63,141 bases of DNA from Dongiaceae bacterium (GTDB lineage: Bacteria > Desulfobacterota > Desulfuromonadia > Geobacterales > Pseudopelobacteraceae): contig DATNCC010000174.1 of NCBI GenBank assembly GCA_035571735.1, positions 1 through 63,141 on the forward strand, written 5' to 3'. The position numbers were made by a program, and so were the translations under genes. Of this stretch, positions 1-9,684 are shown piece by piece; position 1 is the stretch's first letter, and the number at the start of each line of letters is the position of its first letter. Below the pieces are notes generated by a model. That model saw nothing but the letters and a program-made list of their open reading frames with translations, ran no database searches and was not told the origin of the DNA.

Positions 1-179
1 TTCGTGGAGACGTCAGGATCCGGATTGCCGCTGATGGCGACGATGCGGCGGGCAAATTCTTCCAGCCGCCCCAGTGAGCCGGGCGGCTTGGTCTTGTTGT
101 CCAGCCTCGTCTGTGCCTGCTGCAGCAGTTCCTGGCTGACCGGCTTGATGCGTTTGAGCGTCTCCTTGATGGTGTCCAT
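1..179 (-). CDS. cobT: nicotinate-nucleotide--dimethylbenzimidazole phosphoribosyltransferase, N-terminal fragment (gene runs off the window)
   Basis: ATG at 179 on the minus strand. Own translation is [51 protein letters not shown]..., with the KPxGSLGRLE motif typical of CobT N-termini. It lies 22 nt downstream of cobU. Confidence 0.75.
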   Translation of the reverse strand, partial: MDTIKETLKRIKPVSQELLQQAQTRLDNKTKPPGSLGRLEEFARRIVAISGNPDPDVST

Positions 180-200
180 GCAATATCTCCTCTCCTTGAA

Positions 201-734
201 TTATTTCAATCGTAACGGAATCCCGCTGATGACGACATGCGCCTCGTCTGCCGCCTCCGCCAGGGCCTGGTTCGCCGTTCCGGCGATGTCCCGGAACATC
301 CGCGCCAGGCTGTTGTCCGGGACGATCCCCATGCCGACCTCGTTGCTGACCAGAATAACCGGCGTCGCCATCTCATGCAGCGTACTCTTCAAACGCTGCA
401 GATCCTCATGAATCCGCTCTTCACAGCTTCCGGCAGCGTCTTCATATTCGAACAGCAGGTTGGAGAGCCAGAGCGTAACACAATCAACAAGTATTACCTT
501 ATACAGGCCATCACACCTCGCCAGCGCCTGTGACAGATGCAGCGGCTCCTCGATCGTGCTCCATTCGGAGCCGCGCCGTTCCCGGTGCCGCCTGACCCGT
601 TCATCCATCTCGCCGTCAAGAGTCCGGGCCGTCGCCAGATAGCCGAGCGGCGCCCCGAACTCCGTCGCCAGCTTTTCGGCGAAGCCGCTTTTACCGCTGC
701 GTGCGCCGCCGGTTATGAAGATTGTGCGTGACAT
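201..734 (-). CDS. cobU: adenosylcobinamide kinase / adenosylcobinamide-phosphate guanylyltransferase
   Basis: 177 aa. P-loop GGARSGKS at the N-terminus; length and overall sequence fit CobU/CobP. Preceded by a cobalamin riboswitch. Confidence 0.85.
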   Translation of the reverse strand: MSRTIFITGGARSGKSGFAEKLATEFGAPLGYLATARTLDGEMDERVRRHRERRGSEWSTIEEPLHLSQALARCDGLYKVILVDCVTLWLSNLLFEYEDAAGSCEERIHEDLQRLKSTLHEMATPVILVSNEVGMGIVPDNSLARMFRDIAGTANQALAEAADEAHVVISGIPLRLK

Positions 735-770
735 GAAAATCCTCCAAAGACTACTTCTCCCCTGAAAGCT

Positions 771-803
771 GAAAAGCCCCGGTCCGTGACAGGACAGGGG
801 CTC
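771..803 (-). terminator. intrinsic terminator hairpin, likely the expression platform of the cobalamin riboswitch
   Basis: Minus strand reads AGCCCC-N16-GGGGCTTTTC, between the riboswitch aptamer and the cobU start. Confidence 0.55.
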
Positions 804-864
804 GAAAACCGGGGATTCAAATACGATCGGGCTTCGGCCCCTCGTTCCACGGAGGTCCCAAAAC

Positions 865-1035
865 AGTAGCGGAATGGCAGGTTTCCTGGCTCCAGGGTCA
901 TCTTACTTGCCGCGCCTTCCCGGAAAAATCCAGTGGCTCAAGTTGCGGCGTTCATCGCCTGTTACAGTTGCGGGACAGCGAGGGAGTCACACCCTCTTCC
1001 CTTTTAACCGTGCCTGCGGGGCACGGCACCAAAAC
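865..1035 (-). promoter_or_regulatory. cobalamin (AdoCbl) riboswitch aptamer
   Basis: Minus strand reads GGTGCCGTGCCCCGCAGGCACGGTTAAAAGGGAAGAGGGTGTGACTCCCTCGCTGTCCCGCAACTGTAAC...GAGCCACTGGATTTTTCCGGGAAGGCGCGGC. It contains the conserved core and the B12 box GCCACTG. Located upstream of cobU-cobT. Confidence 0.85.
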
Positions 1036-1195
1036 CGCGTGGTACAACAATTGTGGTGAAGTTTGTAACAGACAGGACAGATGAAAGTCAAAAGGAAATT
1101 GACGTTGTCCTCCGCACCAGCCCCGACAAAATCGGGACAAGTGCGTTAACGAAATTATTCTCTGCTAAATACCGCAGAAAATAATTTCTAACTTA

Positions 1196-1399
1196 CTAAT
1201 AATGAGGTGGCGGCTCTTCCTGGTCAGCGTCGCGGGACACCGAAGGCGACATCGCCATGACCTGTTCCTTCAGAGTCGTAAAATCCCGCCGGAGCTGTTC
1301 CAGCTGCAGCCCCTGCCGACTGACAATGTCATTCAGTTCCTGAATGGTCGCCTCCTGCTGCATGTAGAGCATCTCCAGCTCGTTGATCCGTTGTTCCAT
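1196..1399 (-). CDS. slyX: SlyX family protein
   Basis: 67 aa coiled-coil protein. MEQRINELE...QE.TI.ELN..V..Q matches the SlyX pattern. Confidence 0.7.
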   Translation of the reverse strand: MEQRINELEMLYMQQEATIQELNDIVSRQGLQLEQLRRDFTTLKEQVMAMSPSVSRDADQEEPPPHY

Positions 1400-1540
1400 T
1401 AGAACCCCCTGTTGATAATTTAACTATTTGACAATTTCCAGAACTATGATAGAACGGCACGATTTGTATACAATAAGATTTTCATAATTTCTATATTCAT
1501 GCTGATTTAAATCTGTCAATAAATCGATAAAGGGCGGCCT

Positions 1541-3997
1541 ATGACAATACGATTCAAGCTAAACGCCAACATGGCTCTCATGGCTATCGGCATACTTGTT
1601 ATAGCAGGATTCAGTCTTTCCGGCATGAAATTCGTTCAGAACAAGCTCCATGTTCTTACCGAGAAATCGACCCCCTACCAGCTGAAAACCATCGCCCTGC
1701 AGCGCACCCTTCAAGAACATATTTCAAACCTGCTCAAAGCCTCCGCCGCCACAACGGAAGCAGAAATAAACCTGTTACGCGATGAATCGGGCAAGAGCCT
1801 TGCTGAAGTGCGCAAGGTATCATCCGAGGTTGCAGCACTCAAGGGTGGTGGCGAAAACGGCACCAATCTACAGGAACTGGAGAAGATCACCAGCGATATT
1901 ATTTTGACCGTTACCGAGCGAATAAAAGCCGAGACCGCAGGAAAAGCCGCCCATGACCTGATTAACGAAAAATTGAGGCGTGTCCAGATCGGACTGGATA
2001 AAATGGCCGGCAATATGAAGGGCAACCAGAAAAAACTGGTAGGCGAACTTTCATCCTCCAACGACAGCGTTAAACGCAGTTCCATCAAGAACAATCTTAC
2101 CCAGGGCGTTATCAGCTCCCTGAACGAAATCAAGGTGGCCCTCCTCGAAATTGCCGCCGCCGACCAGAAAGCCCAGATTGATGCCTGTGTCGCCCGGTTC
2201 AATTCTGCTGCACAAGCATCGACAAAAAACCTGTTCATGCGCACGGAGAAAAACACTCCGGTAGGCAGGGAGATCACCGCGGTCATCAGTGATGTGACAA
2301 AAGGAGTCACAGGAGCAGGGGGAATCGCCGAATTAAGGACTGAGGCGCTGATTAAAACCGATGAAGGCACCAGAAGCAAGTGTTCACATGAAATCGGCAC
2401 ATCGGTACAGAAAATTGTCCGCCTGATCGGTGTAGTCGGCGAATACGCCGCTAAGGCGAACGAGAGTTCAAAGGAAGATGGCAGGAAGTTCGACAAATCT
2501 CTGGAAAGCTCCGTCATGCTTAGCGACTATCTGTCGGGTAACACGGAACTCATAAGTTATGGCGGCAGTATCAACGATTCCATCAATAACATGTTCTATG
2601 GCCGCACCGCTGCAGAGCTTGATTCCGCTAAAAACAGGGTATCATCACAACTGGGCAAGGCTACCACACTGCTTACGACACGCATGAAGAACATCGAAGG
2701 GGCCGGCGGATTGGCTACACTCCTTCGTGAAGTTCAGACTACACTCATATCCACCAACGGAGCCTACGACAAGCTGAGCCGCATCATCGTGGTCAACAGA
2801 CAGCTTGTCGATCTAAACGGCAAACTGAAAACCCTGGTTATGGAGCAGCGCAAGGAGGGAGAAGCCGGCATGACCTCCGCACGCATAGATCAGGAGAACG
2901 CCGTCAAGTCCGTCAACAAGGTCTTCCGCTCCAGCATCATCGGAGTGTTTGTCATCGGTCTGGCGGTGCTGGTCATCGGAGTGGCTTTCAGCGTGATCGT
3001 GGGACGATCCATCACCAAGCCGGTACTGGAACTCAACCAGCTGGCCGAGCGTTTCGGCAACGGTGATTTCAAATGCAACATGGACGCATCCCGCAGGGAT
3101 GAATTCGGTCAACTGGCGGGGCATTTCAACACGGCATCAGCCCGGATCCGGGACATCGTCGTCGACCTCGCAACCGCCATAGGGCAGCTCAAGTCCAGTT
3201 CGGACAAGTTGAGCGGAACGTCGGAACGGCTTCGCCAGGGGGCACAGGAGCAGTCAGCCCAGGCCGAACAATCGGCCACGGCGCTCGAAGAGGTCAGCAG
3301 AACCGTAGTAGATGTGGCTCAAAACGCCGGACAGGCCGTAACGGTGACCCGTGACTCCTCTTCGGTCGCCGCGCAGGGTAAGATAACCGTCATGGAGGTT
3401 GTTGACGAGATGAACCAGATCGCGCAGTCGGTTGGTGAAACCGCGGATGTGGTGCAGAAACTTGGCGACAGTTCCGAGCAGATCGGCAGCATCGTCGACG
3501 TCATCAAGGACATCGCCGACCAGACAAACCTGCTGGCGCTCAATGCCGCCATTGAAGCGGCCCGGGCCGGAGAATCAGGCATGGGCTTCGCTGTCGTGGC
3601 AAATGAAGTCCGAAATCTGGCTGGCAGAACCACCGAGGCGACCCGGGAAATTGAAGAGATGATCAAGACGATCCAGTCGGAAACCGCCAATTCCATCCGG
3701 ACCATGAACCATGGACGCCAACTGGTTGGCAGAGGGGTCGAGCGGGCCCAGAACGCTCAATCGGCGCTGGAGTCGATTGTAACCGCCTCGGATAGCGGCG
3801 CAGTCATGGTGGAATCCATCGCCACCGCCTCGGAAGAGCAGTCGGCAGTTATCAGGGACGTTGCTGCAGGGGTTGAACGCATGGCAGAGCTGACCAGGGG
3901 AGCTGCAGACGACAGCAGACATATATCGGCGGAAGCCGGGGATTTATCACGCATTGCCGAAGACCTCGGCCGTAAGGCGGCCTGGTTCAAGTTTTGA
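1541..3997 (+). CDS. methyl-accepting chemotaxis protein with a large (~440 aa) helical periplasmic sensor
   Basis: TM segments near aa 10-30 and aa 465-490, followed by HAMP. Conserved MCP signalling hairpin [37 protein letters not shown]. Confidence 0.9.
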   Translation: MTIRFKLNANMALMAIGILVIAGFSLSGMKFVQNKLHVLTEKSTPYQLKTIALQRTLQEHISNLLKASAATTEAEINLLRDESGKSLAEVRKVSSEVAALKGGGENGTNLQELEKITSDIILTVTERIKAETAGKAAHDLINEKLRRVQIGLDKMAGNMKGNQKKLVGELSSSNDSVKRSSIKNNLTQGVISSLNEIKVALLEIAAADQKAQIDACVARFNSAAQASTKNLFMRTEKNTPVGREITAVISDVTKGVTGAGGIAELRTEALIKTDEGTRSKCSHEIGTSVQKIVRLIGVVGEYAAKANESSKEDGRKFDKSLESSVMLSDYLSGNTELISYGGSINDSINNMFYGRTAAELDSAKNRVSSQLGKATTLLTTRMKNIEGAGGLATLLREVQTTLISTNGAYDKLSRIIVVNRQLVDLNGKLKTLVMEQRKEGEAGMTSARIDQENAVKSVNKVFRSSIIGVFVIGLAVLVIGVAFSVIVGRSITKPVLELNQLAERFGNGDFKCNMDASRRDEFGQLAGHFNTASARIRDIVVDLATAIGQLKSSSDKLSGTSERLRQGAQEQSAQAEQSATALEEVSRTVVDVAQNAGQAVTVTRDSSSVAAQGKITVMEVVDEMNQIAQSVGETADVVQKLGDSSEQIGSIVDVIKDIADQTNLLALNAAIEAARAGESGMGFAVVANEVRNLAGRTTEATREIEEMIKTIQSETANSIRTMNHGRQLVGRGVERAQNAQSALESIVTASDSGAVMVESIATASEEQSAVIRDVAAGVERMAELTRGAADDSRHISAEAGDLSRIAEDLGRKAAWFKF

Positions 3998-4046
3998 TAT
4001 CACGAACGCACTTCACATAACTATCTACACCACAAAGGAGAGGATT

Positions 4047-4412
4047 ATGAAGCGACTGATTTTTACCGCGAGCCTGATTGTCCTTGTCGTCGGAACCGTG
4101 TCCCCAGCCCGGGCGGAACTCAAGACCATCGGAACCGGCGCCAACATGAATGTCGATATTACCGGTTTCCCCCCCGCCATGAAGGAAATTTACCCGCTTT
4201 TTGTAAAAAAATGTATCAAGTGCCACGGCATGGACAGGACTTTTGTCACCATCCAGACCGGTATGACTCCATCCGGTTCGGTATTCGACAATGCCGCGGT
4301 TGATGCGTACGGCTCCAAAATGCTCCGCAAACCGGATGCCGACATGACCAAGCAGGATGTAAAGAAATTCATGGAACTTATGAAATTCATGCTTGATGAA
4401 GCAGCGAAATAA
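4047..4412 (+). CDS. small periplasmic monoheme c-type cytochrome
   Basis: ATG at 4047 preceded by AAAGGAGAGG. Signal peptide MKRLIFTASLIVLVVGTVSPARA; single CIKCH motif; 121 aa. The track ORF's upstream extension overlaps the MCP 3' end and was dropped. Confidence 0.75.
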   Translation: MKRLIFTASLIVLVVGTVSPARAELKTIGTGANMNVDITGFPPAMKEIYPLFVKKCIKCHGMDRTFVTIQTGMTPSGSVFDNAAVDAYGSKMLRKPDADMTKQDVKKFMELMKFMLDEAAK

Positions 4413-4470
4413 CCTGCGACTTGCAACCTATTTATTGAAGGTGCTTGAAATACTTTTGGAGGGTTCACAA

Positions 4471-5811
4471 ATGAAGATTATTACTTCCGGAATGCTGCTC
4501 CTGCTGGGGGGTTTCGCAACCTCTGCAATCCTGTTATTGCCGGATCCCGCTCAAGCGATCCCTGCGTTTACCCGTCAATTCAAGACGGAATGCTTCACTT
4601 GCCATACGATTTTTCCCGAACTGACCGAGCAGGGCGATAACTTCAGGAGAAATGGCTATGTCTGGCTGGAAACCAAGGGCACAGCCAAGCCTGCAGCAAA
4701 AAAAGATGAAAAAAAGGATGGCAAAAAAGGGCTCAACGAGCGGGAATATCTTGTCCTGTCGAGCCTGCCTGATTATGTCCCGTTATCAATAATCGGCACC
4801 TTTAATGCGTCTTATGCGGATAATCGTCCGGAAAATGAAGGCAACCGGTTTGATCTGGCGACAAGAGCCGTAGTGCTGGATGCGGGCGGTAGTTTTAACG
4901 ATAAAATGGGGGCATGGATAAGCTACAACCTGTTTTCGGAAGGGATGTTCAATCATGTCACCGGCGGCTCCGCCCTGAATGCCAATGTCCCCTCCAATAA
5001 CATCCCGGATATTAACGAGGCGTTTGTCCAGGCGCGTCATCTGTTCGATTCTCCTGTAAATGTCAAGGTTGGCCGTTTCACACCTACTCTCTCCCTCTGG
5101 AAGACAACCAACAAGACTTCTCTGGCCTCCCCCATGGCTACAACCAGCTATCGGGTTGGTGATTCACCATTTTATGTCAATGCCGCGACTGACGGGGCGG
5201 AGTTGAATTCGATTCTCGGCGGGCGACTGGCTGTGGCTGCAGGTATGGTCAAGGTCAAGGATCAGAGGAATCTTTCCGGCTACGGCAGCATCCAATACAA
5301 ACTTGGCGGGGCTGATTTTGAAGGGCATGAAGCTGCTGTCAATATGGACGCCGAAGAAAGTATTTTTGACTATCTGACCGTCACACTTGGCGGCTATGGA
5401 TATGCCGGCAGTAATAACCCCGGTGCGTTCAGACAGTTGAACAACTTTTATCGCTACGGCTTTGAAGGGGATGTCCGATACCAGAAATACAGGGTAAAGC
5501 TGGCCAGTGCCTTTGGAACGGACGACAATTCGTTAGTATCGAACGCTTTCCCGAACGGTGGACAATGGATCAATAAAAATTCACAGGTCTATGCCGCAGA
5601 AGCGCTTTATCTCTTCGGTTCGCAATTCATTCCCTCGTTCCGGTTTGAATACGAAGACAACGGGACTACCAATACCCGCCGCTACATCCCGACTTTGGCA
5701 TATGCAGCACTCCAGAACGCCAAACTCGTTCTCGAATACAAGCGGGAAAACACCTCCGGCAACAGCATGGACAACAACACGGTCAACCTCGCTCTTACGG
5801 CGACCTTTTAG
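4471..5811 (+). CDS. outer-membrane beta-barrel protein with N-terminal CxxCH (fused cytochrome-porin architecture)
   Basis: ATG at 4471 after GGAGGG. Signal peptide ends ...PDPAQA. CFTCH lies within 15 residues of the mature N-terminus, followed by a Lys-rich linker KPAAKKDEKKDGKKG. About 400 aa of beta-strand-like sequence ends in LALTATF (OMP beta-signal with terminal Phe). Confidence 0.7.
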   Translation: MKIITSGMLLLLGGFATSAILLLPDPAQAIPAFTRQFKTECFTCHTIFPELTEQGDNFRRNGYVWLETKGTAKPAAKKDEKKDGKKGLNEREYLVLSSLPDYVPLSIIGTFNASYADNRPENEGNRFDLATRAVVLDAGGSFNDKMGAWISYNLFSEGMFNHVTGGSALNANVPSNNIPDINEAFVQARHLFDSPVNVKVGRFTPTLSLWKTTNKTSLASPMATTSYRVGDSPFYVNAATDGAELNSILGGRLAVAAGMVKVKDQRNLSGYGSIQYKLGGADFEGHEAAVNMDAEESIFDYLTVTLGGYGYAGSNNPGAFRQLNNFYRYGFEGDVRYQKYRVKLASAFGTDDNSLVSNAFPNGGQWINKNSQVYAAEALYLFGSQFIPSFRFEYEDNGTTNTRRYIPTLAYAALQNAKLVLEYKRENTSGNSMDNNTVNLALTATF

Positions 5812-5866
5812 GCTTGCGGCAATGTTGTTGATTTCTGTCCAAATTAATAGCCACAGGAGACAATGG

Positions 5867-7648
5867 ATGAATTCCATACGTTTCACTTGCTTGGGAATTT
5901 TATTTCTTTTTTTAGCGCTTTTGAGCGGCTGTGGCGACGGTAACTCAGGGACCTCGGGCAGCAGGGCAACTCTCAAAATATCCCAGCTGTGTATTGATTG
6001 TCACGCCGGGGCCAACGATCCGGTTGTCGCGACTGCAAAGATAACCGAAGAATGGAAAATTTCGAAACACAATTCGGAAATAGTCGGCGCCGGCTGCATT
6101 GACTGCCATGAGCCACAGGTTGGCCATCCGAATGTTTGCAGCAGGTGTCACGGTGGCGCTCCGTCGGCATTCAACGCAACCGGGACCGATGTGGTTCGCA
6201 ACCCTGATGCAGAAAAAAAATGCTACAAATGTCATGGCGCAATAACACTCAGTCCGGGGCATTTTACCAACAATACCTCTGCAAATGCACCAGGTTCGTT
6301 CGTCTCCAGAAACTACGCAAACAAATGCAGAGCCTGTCACAACCCCCACGACGTGACCACGTTGCTGCCGATCAACAGGGATTGGGCAAAGTCCGGTCAT
6401 GGCAACCCAAATGGCGCGGCCTGGCAGCACTATGATTTTAAGGGGGCGGATCGCCTTGCGTGCATGCGTTGTCATACCGCCACCGGATACATTAATTTTA
6501 TTACCGGTGCAGAAGGGGCTACAGCCTCGAAAATGTGGACAACTACCACCGACAAGACCAAGGAAGTACTTTCCTGTATTGCCTGTCACGAAACATACGA
6601 CTTTAAAAACAGTGTCCGCAAAATCGGAGCTTTTACAGCTCCGTACAATGCTCCTAACACCTTCCCCAATGTAGGCGCTTCCAATCTCTGCATTGCCTGC
6701 CACTCCGGCCGCGAGAACATGGCTTCCATCCTGGCCATGACCAACATGTCCGGTGCGACCAGCCCCACACTCAAGAATTCGCACTATATGGCCGCGGCCG
6801 GTCTCATGTACATGACTACCGGTTTTACCAATTTCACCACCATGACTACCAAAGCTGCCGCCACCAATACTTATGGTGCCTCTTACACCATGTATTACGG
6901 ATCGGGGACGGCTCCGACAGGCAACATCAGCAGTACACACCGCAAACTGGGTACGCCGATGATAAATGGCGACAGTCACAACCCGGCCGCCTTTGTCCCC
7001 GGCAGTTTCGATGCAGACGGTCCTTGCGTCACCTGCCATATGAACGCCACGGGTCAAGCCGACCGCAAGACCAGCCACACCTTTGGCATTAACGCAAATG
7101 CCTTTAATCAACTTTGCATCAAGTGCCACGGTGCAGAGGGAACCACGACCCTTACCGGCGACAATTTTGAGACCGTCTTCATCGAAGAGCAGTCACTTGT
7201 GTTCCAGAATGCACTCAGTCTGGCGATTAAATTACTGAAAGACAACTATGGCATTACCTATGATTCTGCAACAAATCCTTATTTCTTTAATGCGAACGGC
7301 AAGAGCGTTACCAACTGGAAGCGTGGCCGCAGCAATGCCGAGGCAAAGAAACTGATGGGAGCCTGCTACAATATCAACCTCCTGAAGAGGGAGCCGGGAG
7401 CCTATGCCCATGGCCGCACCTTCGTGCGCCGGTTGATCTATGACACCATCGATTACCTTGATGACGGCAAGATCAACATGTCAACCGGAGCCACGGCACT
7501 CGCATCCGGAATGAAGGGCCTGAACAATGCCGTGATCTATGTCAAGGGGACGTCGGCAAATGACCCCGCCACTACGGCAAGCTACACCTATCTGGCTGGA
7601 TACAACCGCACCTCGGGGGCCTGGAACACACCTTATGAAAGGCCCTGA
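5867..7648 (+). CDS. decaheme c-type cytochrome lipoprotein
   Basis: ATG at 5867 after AGGAGA. Lipobox LLSGC. Ten CxxCH motifs: CIDCH x2, CSRCH, CYKCH, CRACH, CMRCH, CIACH x2, CVTCH, CIKCH. 593 aa. Confidence 0.85.
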   Translation: MNSIRFTCLGILFLFLALLSGCGDGNSGTSGSRATLKISQLCIDCHAGANDPVVATAKITEEWKISKHNSEIVGAGCIDCHEPQVGHPNVCSRCHGGAPSAFNATGTDVVRNPDAEKKCYKCHGAITLSPGHFTNNTSANAPGSFVSRNYANKCRACHNPHDVTTLLPINRDWAKSGHGNPNGAAWQHYDFKGADRLACMRCHTATGYINFITGAEGATASKMWTTTTDKTKEVLSCIACHETYDFKNSVRKIGAFTAPYNAPNTFPNVGASNLCIACHSGRENMASILAMTNMSGATSPTLKNSHYMAAAGLMYMTTGFTNFTTMTTKAAATNTYGASYTMYYGSGTAPTGNISSTHRKLGTPMINGDSHNPAAFVPGSFDADGPCVTCHMNATGQADRKTSHTFGINANAFNQLCIKCHGAEGTTTLTGDNFETVFIEEQSLVFQNALSLAIKLLKDNYGITYDSATNPYFFNANGKSVTNWKRGRSNAEAKKLMGACYNINLLKREPGAYAHGRTFVRRLIYDTIDYLDDGKINMSTGATALASGMKGLNNAVIYVKGTSANDPATTASYTYLAGYNRTSGAWNTPYERP

Positions 7649-7695
7649 TTACAGGAGCTGCCCGTTCGAGTAAAGGACTGAAGCTTAGGATTCAG

Positions 7696-7738
7696 CAAAC
7701 AAATAAGGCCCACCGAATCGTGGGCCTTATTTGTTTGC
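7696..7738 (+). terminator. intrinsic terminator after the cytochrome cluster
   Basis: CAAACAAATAAGGCCCAC-cgaatc-GTGGGCCTTATTTGTTTG, an 18-bp stem with a T-rich 3' arm. Confidence 0.8.
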
Positions 7739-7857
7739 AATAATCGGAAACTGAGGTAATTTGTCAATCGTGGATAACTGGAGTTTTCAAAAACTGATCG
7801 CTTTTAATACCCGAACTGGATCAAATTGGTATTCCCAAGGCACAGGAGGTATCATTC

Positions 7858-8616
7858 ATGTTCAAGAGTACATCCTTACTGACAGCAGCAACCCTGGCCA
7901 TAACCACGTCACTGGCAAACGCGGCCGAGATCAAACTGGGCGGAGGAGGAGCGGCAGTTGCTACGGTATTCTCTCCGGTCAAGGCCTCCTTTGAAAAAAC
8001 CACCGGCAATAATCTAATCATCCTGCAGAGCACCCCTAAGGATGGCCTCAAGCAGCTCTGGAAAGGCGATCTGGATGTGGCGGTAACCTCCGTAGATCTG
8101 GCGGGCATGATTGCCGGAGCCGCCAAAGATGGCATCATTGTCGACAAAGCCGCCCTGCAAATCGTTGAGATCGGAACCAACAGGACAGTCGTCCTGCTTC
8201 ATCCGTCCAACCCCGTAACCAGCCTGACCAAGGAGCAGATGAAAGGGCTCTTCACCGGCAAGATCACCAACTGGAAGGATGTCGGCGGCAAAGACGCCCC
8301 GGTGCTTGTTGTATGGGGTAAAAACTCCCCGGGACAGAATGACCTCTTCACCAATGTAATCCTGGATGGCGAGAAGATCGTTGACGAAAACCTGGATACT
8401 ACTGATTACAAAGGGATCAAGGATACCGTGGCGACCAACCCTGAAGCGATCGGTATCGATCCGCTCGGCATGATTGACGAGTCGGTCAAGGCCATCAAAC
8501 CATCACCTGAAGCCAACAGCCCGATCCTGCTGATCACCAAGGGGGCGCCATCGAAGCCGGTCAAACAGCTAATCGACTTCATCAAGACAGCAGGAAAGAA
8601 GTACATCAAAGAGTAG
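7858..8616 (+). CDS. periplasmic substrate-binding protein (PstS-like PBP fold), no adjacent transporter genes
   Basis: RBS AGGAGG. Signal peptide ending ...SLANA. The sequence pattern resembles phosphate-binding-protein-like domains; this is recognition only. Confidence 0.55.
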   Translation: MFKSTSLLTAATLAITTSLANAAEIKLGGGGAAVATVFSPVKASFEKTTGNNLIILQSTPKDGLKQLWKGDLDVAVTSVDLAGMIAGAAKDGIIVDKAALQIVEIGTNRTVVLLHPSNPVTSLTKEQMKGLFTGKITNWKDVGGKDAPVLVVWGKNSPGQNDLFTNVILDGEKIVDENLDTTDYKGIKDTVATNPEAIGIDPLGMIDESVKAIKPSPEANSPILLITKGAPSKPVKQLIDFIKTAGKKYIKE

Positions 8617-8761
8617 CCTGAAACATACTGTAACACGTCAAAAGGCCGGGGCATCCCCACTTTTTCTGAAGTATCTCTTCCCGGGCCTGAATTTGATCAA
8701 GCACCGGCGTAGCATCTATGCTAAGATGATTTTTAAGTAATTTTCCGGAGGTTTTTTGTTT

Positions 8762-9586
8762 ATGAAGTACCGTCTGCTACTGCTGGCCCTGTTGTTATTG
8801 TCGTTATCCATCCCCCTTTCGCATGCCGCCCCACCCGAAATAAAGAAGAATCAGCCTGCGGTGAGTCAGGAAGTCAGGGTTCCGATCCTCCTCTACCACC
8901 GCTTCGGTCCGACGGTGGCCGACGGTATGACGATCACCACACCGGTGTTCGAGTCCCACCTCAAATATTTACGTGACAACGGCTATAAAGTGATCCCGCT
9001 TCGGCAACTGGTTGACTGGTATCAGAAAAAAGGCCCCGCCCCCGCTGCCAAATCGGTGGTGATCGTCGAGGACGACGCGCATAAATCCGTGTACACGGAC
9101 ATGCTGCCGCTCGCAAAGAAATACAACGTGCCGGTGACGGTATTCATCTACCCTTCAGCCATTTCAAACGCCAAATATGCCATGACCTGGGACCAGATCA
9201 GGGAATTGAAGAAGAGCGGCCTGTTTGATCTCCAGAGTCATACCTACTGGCACCCTAACTTCAAGAGGGACAGGAAGAAAATGAAGCCGCAGGAGTACGA
9301 AAAATTTGTAACGACGCAGCTTACTAAATCAAAGGCGAAGATCGAAAAAGAGCTGGGAAGCAAGGTGGACATGCTGGCATGGCCGTTCGGCATTTTCGAC
9401 GACTATCTGCTGAAGAAGGCCGCCGAGGCCGGCTATGGCGCCACCTTCACGATCGTGGCCCATCATGCGGGTCCTGCGGACAGCGTGAATAAACTGCCCC
9501 GCTATCTGCTGATAAACTCGGATCAGGGCAAGGCATTCGCACAGATAGTGGCGGGAACTGCGCCGAAGCGTAATATCGTCTACTGA
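8762..9586 (+). CDS. polysaccharide deacetylase family protein (NodB homology)
   Basis: GGAGG lies 11 nt upstream of ATG 8762. Signal peptide present. Motifs PILLYHRFG, VEDDAHKS and QSHTYWHPN. Confidence 0.75.
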   Translation: MKYRLLLLALLLLSLSIPLSHAAPPEIKKNQPAVSQEVRVPILLYHRFGPTVADGMTITTPVFESHLKYLRDNGYKVIPLRQLVDWYQKKGPAPAAKSVVIVEDDAHKSVYTDMLPLAKKYNVPVTVFIYPSAISNAKYAMTWDQIRELKKSGLFDLQSHTYWHPNFKRDRKKMKPQEYEKFVTTQLTKSKAKIEKELGSKVDMLAWPFGIFDDYLLKKAAEAGYGATFTIVAHHAGPADSVNKLPRYLLINSDQGKAFAQIVAGTAPKRNIVY

Positions 9587-9684
9587 TTTCAGGGTTTCGC
9601 ACCAGTTCAACGACGGCCGGAAGTTGGAGGGTAAAGCGGCATTGCCTTTTAACAGTTTTATTCAGACTTATGGCTTAACCGAAC

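Noticed and set aside
5558-5866. Upstream extensions of the track ORFs for the decaheme (5558), porin (4393) and monoheme cytochrome (3954)
   Set aside because: Each extension overlaps the preceding gene and lacks an SD. Internal ATGs with GGAG-type RBS give proper signal peptides or a lipobox.
5945-7129. 394-aa minus-strand ORF inside the decaheme cytochrome gene
   Set aside because: It is entirely antisense to a gene with ten ordered CxxCH motifs. Its composition is Gly/Arg/Ala-rich, typical of shadow frames in GC3-rich genes, and it has no RBS or recognisable motif.
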